From assembly GCF_009914755.1 (NCBI RefSeq), contig NC_060927.1: a stretch of DNA of 64,000 bases; one strand, written 5' to 3'. The notes under the pieces were generated by a model. That model was given only the letters and a program-made list of their open reading frames with translations. It made no database searches and was not told the DNA's origin. Position 1 is the stretch's first letter; every line of letters starts with the position of its first letter. Position numbers and translations under genes: made by a program. The stretch comes from the human T2T-CHM13v2.0 reference genome, Homo sapiens. Shown piece by piece: positions 1-64,000 of this stretch.

Positions 1-5118
<5,118 letters not shown>

Positions 5119-5184
5119 GTTGCTGCTATCTTAGAGAAATACACAGCTGAGATACACAATGTTCCTATTCTTACAGCAATATGA

Positions 5185-8176
<2,992 letters not shown>

Positions 8177-8191
8177 ACACAAAAAATCATA

Positions 8192-8290
8192 ATGGATGGT
8201 TACTCTGCTCACTACCTAGGTCCAATGTACCCATGTAACAATCCTATACATGCATCCCTTGTATCTGAAATAAAAGCTGAAAACTTTTTT
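8192..8290 (+). mobile_element. Old L1 (L1PB-like) 3' end fragment
   Basis: 'gctcactacctagg…tacccatgtaacaatcct…tctgaaataaaagctgaa' resembles an L1PB 3' terminus. Confidence 0.55.
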
Positions 8291-8859
8291 AAAAGTACAC
8301 ATACAAAAATTTTAAAAAGCTTAAGAACAACAACAATGAAAAAAAAAAACCATAACGTGGAAATTCTGGATTGCATTCAGAGACTGTGTAGATGGAATGG
8401 AAGTCTGAGCTGGTGGAACTGCTCTCAAGACAGGCGTAGTTTTATTTTGAGCTGAAAAGGTTCCGGCTTGAGTAGTAGCCATCCTGTTGATGTTTTAAAT
8501 TCTACTCATACTAATATGGTTCCCTGTGCCTGGGAAAAACTGTGTATAAACCAACACAATTTCCACTTGTTGTGTAATAGGAATATCTGCTACAGCAAAA
8601 TTTCTTTTGAAAAGGGAGAAAACAATCTTATTTTCTATTTCTACTGAATAAACCAGCTTGCAATCATCTGAAAAGAATAAACTTCCTTAATTTGATGCCA
8701 TTATACATTTAACCTTTGGGAATTTGTGAAGTGGAAGCACTTTCAAGTTCCTGCTCTGGAAGAGGACTGTGAATACTATTTTAGCCATCAGCCACGTAGA
8801 AGCTGTAACTACTAAAACAATGCAAATTATGTCATCCAGTCCAAGGTGTCTAGATGATA

Positions 8860-9520
8860 AGAGCAAGGTACAAGTGAGTGGCATTTTATGATTTAGCCTC
8901 ATAAGTTAGATGGTAGCACTTCCACTATACACTATTAGTCAAGGCAGTCACAAAGTTATGTCCAGGATGCATGGTAGGGGACAAAGATCCTACCGCTTAA
9001 AAGAAGGGACATGAAGATACCCTTGTAAGGAGATCACGTGGGATGTAAGATAAAGCTTTTGGCCTATTTGTAAAATACAGTCTGCCACAGTTTGCTTTCT
9101 GGCCATATTTCTCATGCCTCCCACATGCAAAATACATTCAAATCACACCCCTAGAATTCTCAAGTCTCAAACTATTAAAACATCAGCTTGAAGTCCAGGA
9201 GCTTGTCATCTAAATCAGGTTCAGGTGAAGATGAGATGCCTTGGTGTGGTTCATTTGGGTGCAGCTCCTTAAATATCACTCCTTTTGATTAGAGCTCTGT
9301 TAAAGAGACAATCTGCACCCCCCCCCCCGCCCACACACACACCCAACGCACAGTGATAAGAGGCATAAGATGATCCCTATAGGAAAATCCTACTCGAAAG
9401 GGAGGAAGAGGCAAGCACACTGCAATAATCTAGAAAAATTCTGAAATGCAGTTTGGTATATGCTTCCAGTTCCTTATCAAGATTCAGTCCTACTGTCTGG
9501 GAGTTCTCTGTGAATTTCAA
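8860..9520 (-). mobile_element. ERVL-MaLR (MLT1-type LTR plus internal fragment)
   Basis: 'ttttatgatttagcctc…cacttccactatacactattagtcaaggcagtcacaaag' followed by 'ctcccacatgcaaaatacattca…gaagtccagga…catctaaatcagg' resembles MLT1 LTR and MLT-int; boundaries approximate. Confidence 0.55.
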
Positions 9521-9839
9521 ATTCCAAAACACATCTGGCTTAAGGGTGCAGTAAAGGATTGTGAAGCTGCACTCAGAGACTATAAGAAAAAGATGTGATA
9601 AACACTCCCATTGCCTATCAATGACTGAGCTCTTCAGAGGATGCTGTTGTTGCTTCTGTTTCCCAAGATGATCAGAGTTCAGGAAGTGGAATTCCAAGCA
9701 GCTCAGAGGTAAATGAGATAAGGGTTAAATGGTTCTGTAACCATTTCTTCTGCCCCTGCACTGACAGATTATCCCAAAAGAACACAGTCATGAGGAGTAA
9801 AGAGCACAGTCAAGTGTTGCAGGACATAACTTTGTCAAA

Positions 9840-10010
9840 TACTTCATATGTGCCAGGTGTTGTGCTAAAGGCTTTACTGGCATTATCTCATTCAATCCTT
9901 CTAAAACTTTATGAGGTAGTTACTAATCTACCTATTTTACAGATGAGAAAAATTGAGGCTTAGAGATATTAATCAGTGTGCTGAAGGTTTGCAAAGTTAG
10001 AAAATGGTAA
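9840..10010 (-). mobile_element. MIR SINE
   Basis: 'tgtgccaggtgttgtgctaaaggctttac…attatctcattcaatcct…attttacagatgagaaaattgaggcttagaga' MIR core. Confidence 0.8.
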
Positions 10011-10091
10011 CAAAATTGTGAAATGACTTTCTCCATCAATTTGCTTGTTTTCGTCATTAGAGTGGACATGAAAAAAATTTAATCTCTACAT

Positions 10092-12743
<2,652 letters not shown>

Positions 12744-12759
12744 ATCTACTTTGTCCAAT

Positions 12760-12945
12760 GAAAACTGAAAGTGTAAAATTGGTGAACTGTATCAACGTCA
12801 ATTTCCTGGTCATTATGTTGTACTAGAGTTATGCAAGCTATTACTACTGAGATAAACTAGATAAAGTGTATATGAGATTTCTGTGTTATTTCTTACAATA
12901 GCATGTTAAGTTACAATTATCTCAAAATAGAAAGCTTAATTAGAA
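12760..12945 (+). mobile_element. Old L1M (L1MC/MD-like) 3' end
   Basis: 'tgtatcaacgtcaatttcctgg…ttatgcaag…gtgttatttcttacaat…acaattatctcaaaatagaaag'. Confidence 0.65.
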
Positions 12946-13221
12946 AGAAAACTAAAACTGTGCTCCAAAGATAGTATCTCCAGACTTCTCTTATACCTTT
13001 TTGAGGGACAATGCAATACTTTGGACAATGCAACAGGAAAACTGAAGGCTAATTTAATAATTATTATTTCACAATTACTTTATCCATTTAGGCATTTCAT
13101 CTTTCTTCTGTTGTCCTATTATTTTAGTATTTTTAAATGATAGCTTGTAATTATTGAGTAATGATGAAATAATTCATAGAATGATAAAATATCAAAATAT
13201 TTTAACATGTACAGAAGGATC

Positions 13222-13259
13222 CCAAAAGGTAGCTTAGATTCCAAAAGGTAGCTTAGATT
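13222..13259. repeat. Perfect 19-bp tandem duplication (ccaaaaggtagcttagatt)x2
   Basis: Read directly at 13222-13240 and 13241-13259. Confidence 0.95.
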
Positions 13260-13309
13260 ATAAAGGGATCCAATGGGCTCATATGGTAATCGTAAGATAG
13301 AATGAGCTT

Positions 13310-13436
13310 TATTATATATATAGGAAAATTTATAAATATATAATATATATTTATAAATGTATATTTATAAATTTATTTATACATTTAATACATAAATTCA
13401 TTTATAAATATATATAATTTATAAATTAAAATTTTA
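13310..13436. repeat. AT-rich low-complexity tract
   Basis: Almost entirely A/T, with tttataaa/atat units. Confidence 0.85.
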
Positions 13437-13574
13437 TCTTGGTTCTTTGGAAGATCTCTAATAAAGAACAAAAGTCATTGAAATATCAATCCTTACAAAT
13501 ATTTAGAACCCCTCTATAAAGAAACTCAAATTAAAATTGAGTGTAGCAGTCCACAATGGTGTACTGAGAATTAA

Positions 13575-13955
13575 GATAGAAACCCAAACTCTTAACAGGG
13601 CCTACAAGGCCCTACATGGTCTCATGCCTGACACCCTCACCTTCTGAGCCTCTGCCTGCATTTCACTGTGTCTGCTCCAGCTACACTGGCCTCTGTTCCA
13701 TGTTCAGTTTTGCCACTGGCCACTGCACAAGCAGTTCCTTCTATCTCAGGGAAAGTCTTTGCTGACCCCCTAGTTCAGGTCAGTTTCCTTTTCATAAGCT
13801 CTTACAAAACTGTTGATTACCTTTGGAGTACTCGTCTACATTTGTAATGATTCATTCACTAATGGCCTTTATTGATTGATTAATGCCTGTGTCCTCCCAG
13901 TAGGCCAAAAGCCCTATGAGAGGAGGGCCTGTTTTCACACCACTGTATCCACAAA
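13575..13955 (+). mobile_element. L2 fragment
   Basis: 'cccaaactcttaacagggcctacaaggccctacatggtct…ccagctacactggcctc…caccactgtatcc'. Confidence 0.7.
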
Positions 13956-14108
13956 TGTCAGCATTTACCTTCTCTCCTTCTTGAGACTGCTCTAAAATTA
14001 TGTAAAGGAATTAAAGTACCAAGAAAGGATCAAAATAACAGGATATGAGCCCAGTGTAGCCTGTAGATGTGCAATGTTGTCTCTTAGTACTTAGAAAAAC
14101 ATTTCACT

Positions 14109-14402
14109 GGCCAGGAGTGGTGGCTCACAATTGTAATCCCAGCACTTTGGGAGGCCGAGGCGGGTGGATCACCTGAGGTCAGCAGTTCGAGACGAGCCTG
14201 ACCAACATGGTGAAACCCCATCTCTACTAAATACAAAAAACTAGCCGGGCGTGGTGCCGCATGCCTGTAATTCAAGCTACTTGGGAGGCTGAGGCAGGAG
14301 AACTGCTTGAACCCAGGAGGCGGAGGTTTCAGTGAGCTGAGATTGCACCATTGCACTCCAGCCTGGGCAACAAGAGTGAAAACTCTGTCAAAAAAAAAAA
14401 AA
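14109..14402 (+). mobile_element. AluS (Sq/Sp-like)
   Basis: Full dimer with A-tail; TSD aaaacatttcact (14096-14108 / 14408-14420). Confidence 0.95.
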
Positions 14403-14481
14403 GGGGGAAAACATTTCACTTTATTTTTACTTAAAAGTCAGTAATTTTTACACCAAGATTTAAATTTCTGGCTTCTCTTGA

Positions 14482-15175
<694 letters not shown>

Positions 15176-15639
15176 ATGGTAGATATTTTAATGAAATGTT
15201 TGTTGAAAGGATAAAGTTGTGACCACAAGCCCCTATGAGGTAACACCTAGCTGCAGTGCCACATATGAACACAAGGTGACAGTGTGCTCTCAGGAATCTG
15301 CATAAACCCAGCACAGTTGGTGAGGATCTGTAGTAAATAGGATGACTTGTCCCACCCAACTGTGAGAGAGGGCAACTACCAAAGACCAACAGCAACATAG
15401 CATGTGTCCTAGAGGGTCACAGGGGAAAAAACTAAGAAGGAAGGAAGCTTCAAGGCCAGGGATCCAGCACAGCAGAGATGGGACTGCAGGGAGGGAATTT
15501 AACTCACCCCTGTCTTTGCTGTCCTTAGCATGATCCACTCTTCCCCTGAGTGCTGAATTTCAAGGCCATGAAGCCATGGTCAAGAGACTTGACTGGGAAC
15601 GGGCCTTAAGCTTTCAGTGACTCCCTTCTAAATCTAGAG

Positions 15640-15818
15640 CAGTGGTTCTCAAAGTGTGGTCTCTGCACCAGCAGCATCACTTGTCAGAATCTGCAGAAAT
15701 GCAGATTCCCAGGCCCTGCCCAACCCTACTGACCCAGGCATTCTAGGATGGAGCCCAGAAACCTATATATAATCAGATCCCTGGGTGGTTCCAAAGCAGC
15801 TAAATGTGAGAAGCACAG
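15640..15818 (+). mobile_element. MER5A (hAT-Charlie MITE)
   Basis: 'cagtggttctcaaagtgtggt…agaaatgcagattcccaggccc…tgagaagcacag'; flanks atctagag / ctctaaag. Confidence 0.85.
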
Positions 15819-16769
15819 CTCTAAAGTCTCATTTTCCATCTCTTCCCACAGCCACACCCAGTGAATCCCAATCCTCAAAATACACGGACCTCAACACTCC
15901 TGCCTCTAGTTGAGACTGAAACATCCATCTCTTCCTCTCCTGCTTTGCTCTTATTCTGCCTTTGGGACTCAACTCAAGCCACCTTTCTTCTGGAACACTG
16001 TGTTAGACTCCCCAAGCTGATTTAGGTAGTGCTCCTCCCAGCCTCTGCCTTCTCTCTTTTAGCAATTATTAAATGATGCTTTTAACTGTTGGCTGCTGAA
16101 TGTCTTGCTCACCACAGTGTGAGCTGTCTTTACCTCCAGTGCCTGGCCAACAGAATTTTGCATATGTATTTAATGAAATAATAAACTACCATCATTTGGT
16201 TGGCAGCTTTAAAAAGGGTAATAACATCTTTTTCACCTACAGTAGAATTTTATATACACACATATCCTAACTTAATTTTATATACATATTTAAAATATAT
16301 AGAATTAAATATAATCTTAATAGATTCCATATGTAATTATATGCAGATTATAAGCTCCCTGCAAGTCTAAATTTCAAAACTATGCTCTGCTGTTTCTGAC
16401 ATTTGTAGGACAGGCCAAGGAATTCAACAGTCAATAGCAATAGCCATTTAACCAAAGGGAAAAAAAAAACCAACAAGGAGCTTCCTGAGCAGGGGTGTGT
16501 GCAGACCAGTGCCCTCTCAATGTCTGTCTCCAGGTCTCATCCCTCTCTATGTCTGTCTCAGCTCTCGGTGGGGGAGGGCTCCCAAGCTGCAGGATGACGA
16601 CATGTTGACTATGCAGCTCTGAGTGCTTAACATTGGACAAATTCCACTGTCACAGAGCTGGCCTAAGGTGGAGGTGGTACTGGACATTCTGGCAGGCATT
16701 CCACAAAGGCACATGTCGTGAGTCTCCACCACCAAGTTCTCAGAGTTTTTTGGATAATTGATGATCACA

Positions 16770-17020
16770 GAATACAAGGTCAATATATAAATGTCAATGC
16801 TATTTGCATATACTAGCAACAGTTGGAAATTAAAGTTAAATAAGCGATACCATTTACAATAGCATCAAAAATATCAACTGCTTAGAAATAAATCTGTCAA
16901 AAGATATGCAAGGCCCATGCATGTGAAAACTACAAAACTGCTGAGAGAAATTGAAGAAGTCCTGAAGAAATGGAGAAATTGACGATGCTCATGGATTGGA
17001 AGACTCAATTTTGTTGAGAC
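16770..17020 (+). mobile_element. Old L1M ORF2 fragment
   Basis: 'ataccatttacaatagcatcaaaaa…gaaaactacaaaactgctgagagaaattgaagaag…ctcatggattggaagactcaat'. Confidence 0.8.
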
Positions 17021-17724
17021 TGCAAATATTAATACTTTGAAGCTTCAATTTGCTTTACCCCTGCCTTGTCTCACTGTCTCCTATTTGGCTTTGTATCGTC
17101 AATGTCTAGCTCTGTGCCAGGCACAAAATAGTTTGGTGTTCACTGAATACATGAACAAGGAATAAGGATTCAATTCCTTATACAGAATATAGGAATAAAT
17201 ATAGGAAGAGATCTCAACTACCTGGGAGTGCAATAAAAGGCTTCCTTCAAGATGCACTAGGAATTCTATAAGCTGTGATGGGAGCAGGAACCGAAGTCCT
17301 GTGAGGAGTAAAACTATATTTATCTGCTGTAGCTTGGGGGTCAGTTTGTGCAAAACAGTGACTGAAACACATATGGCCTGAACTCATGTACTGAAGGACT
17401 TTCTCACATTAGATATATTTAAGTAGTGGAGTTGACTCATTCAACATTTTAAAATATTTGTTGAACACCTGCTCTGGAACAAGGCTTGCGCTCAACGCTG
17501 GGATCAAAGTGGTAAAGACAGGAAGCATCCCTGCTTCAGCTATAAAACTGTAGTTGCTACCTTTGAGAGCCATCTTTGGGCCAGGCACAAAATCAAATTC
17601 TGTGTGTCTTTATAACAGCCTGATGAGACCGTTGTTATTAAGAACTTCACTAAATGTGAAGAAATACACTTAAACTAAGAAATTAGAGTCCCATTTTAAA
17701 TGCAGGCCAAATGACTGAAAAAAA

Positions 17725-18005
17725 ATTTAGAGTATAATTAAAAAATTAAAAGTACACACTTAAAATGTAGTTTGATAAGTTTTGACAAACGTATATATTT
17801 TTACACCACCATTGAGATATAAAACATTCTCATCATCCGAAAAGATTCCTTTGTATCCCCTTCCCAACCACTGATCTGCTTTCTAACATCGTAGTGTTTT
17901 CTAGTGTTTCTTATAGATGGAATTATACATTATGTACTCAATTCTTACTTCTTTGACTCAGCATGAATTTGGTGGTGCCCATCACTAATTCATTTTTATT
18001 ACTGC
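17725..18005 (-). mobile_element. Old L1ME-like 3' fragment
   Basis: 'gtagtttgataagttttgacaaacgtat…gatataaaacattctcatcatccgaaaagattcc…ccactgatctgctttct'. Confidence 0.65.
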
Positions 18006-18904
18006 TGACTTCAGACCTTTAGGGGAGAGAAGACATAAATCAAATAATCACCTAATTAAGTATTTAATTACAACAGCATCAAGTTAACCTAAGGGTAAGT
18101 ACAAGTGGAAATACATTACCTTGTTTGTTAACAATTCAATCAATACGACCTTGGTGTACAGTGGGGGGCTATAGGGTCATGATTCAGCTTGTGGAAAACA
18201 AATGAAAATAAATGTTAGCGAAGAGTGACTCTAAAGAACCTCTGTCCTCACGGTAATTTTTTTAATGTGTCAGATGCTGGTGGGAGGCATTCTTCCTTAG
18301 CTCTTTACTCCCATCCCTTACACTTAACAGAGGAAAGGATCTGTAAGGCGCGTACCCCTCTACTGCCCACTGTCGACGAAAACAGCCTCGCCCTGCACCG
18401 CCACCGCCACGCATAAGGCGGTGTGTGGGCAGCTCGGACGTGGCACCTGCCCTCAGCTGCTCAATCCCGGGCGCCGCGACGGTCACGTGCACAGCGGCAG
18501 GCCTTTTTGCCCCGCCCCCGCGGCCCGGCTCCTGCGTGGGCCCGGCCCCGCCCACAGCCCGCGCAGTCCCGCGAGCCTGGCCTCGGCGGCCCCAGCTTCT
18601 AAGGAGCTCGTGAGGGCCAGGCTGCGCCTGCGTCGGGCGGCTGGTGGGCGGGGCGAGGGCCGCTGGGGCCGCGAAGTGGGGCGGCCGGGTGGGCTACGAG
18701 CCGGGTCTGGGCTGAGGGGCGCGGCTTCGCGGTGGACCCCAGCCCGGCAACGGGAAGGCGAGCTCTCCTCCACCGTCCAAAGTAAACTTTGCCGCTCCTT
18801 CCGCGGCGCTCCCGAGTCCTCGCCGCCGCCGGGCCGCCGCAGTCCGCGAAGAGCCGTCCTGCGTCAGGGCCTCCTTCCCTGCCCCGGCGCGGGGCCACTG
18901 CGCC

Positions 18905-63666
<44,762 letters not shown>

Positions 63667-64000
63667 TGGAGAAATCTCAAGTTACTGGCTTTTATACTTA
63701 CCAAACATCAGTTCTTCAAATAAGGACGCAAATCTTCAGGACAGTAAGCAGAACAATCAGAATGGAATTAAATCTCTAAAAACGTGTTACAGTGGAATCT
63801 GGTGCTTGTCAGGGTGTTTGGTAAGAACTGTATATAGTCAGAATTACCTAAATCACCTAGAGGTACCGTTTACATGGTTTTGTGTATATAGAGTTGGCTT
63901 GCATTTTAGGGGCCATTTTGTATAAAAAGTGCATATGATTAAAATTAGACTCAGTCATCACTGTGAGATGCCTTTGCTAAGAGGATAAAGGAACTGAGAC
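63667..64000 (+). other. CAPN7: CAPN7 3'UTR, continuing beyond the window
   Basis: Non-repetitive sequence after the stop codon; no AATAAA seen before the window end. Confidence 0.85.

Noticed and set aside
18655-18904. uORF in the CAPN7 5' leader
   Set aside because: No ATG on the + strand before 18905 in this stretch, and the nearby CTGs I checked are out of frame.

Overview
Human-type (primate) genomic DNA containing the whole coding region of CAPN7 (calpain-7/PalBH) on the + strand. I assembled it by hand from 21 GT-AG exons (ATG 18905 to TGA 63666). They total 2442 nt = 813 aa plus stop, with consistent phases. The protein has tandem MIT domains, a calpain catalytic core with Cys290/His458/Asn478, and C-terminal calpain-III-like domains. 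A CpG-island promoter lies at about 18.3-19.3 kb. From recall, this locus is 3p25.1, head-to-head with COL6A4P1/DVWA, but I found no collagen VI coding exons in the window. The first 18 kb is mostly transposon: a disabled L1PA3-like element, a 5'-truncated L1PA7-like element, MaLR, a near full-length Charlie3 hAT transposon, Alus, MER5A, L2 and MIR. The introns hold about 30 Alus, two Tigger3 elements, MER1B, MER20, MER3, MER33, Tigger4, three sense-oriented L1PA 3' ends, a tRNA-Lys(TTT) pseudogene and a Y4 RNA pseudogene. I see no clear new protein-coding system. The oddest items are small L1-mobilised insertions: (1) a 55-nt twin-hairpin insert with A-tail and TSD, (2) a tRNA-Lys + 3' trailer + Alu composite within one apparent TSD pair, and (3) an internally duplicated Alu within one TSD pair. 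Repeat subfamily names are from remembered diagnostics and need RepeatMasker/Dfam confirmation.
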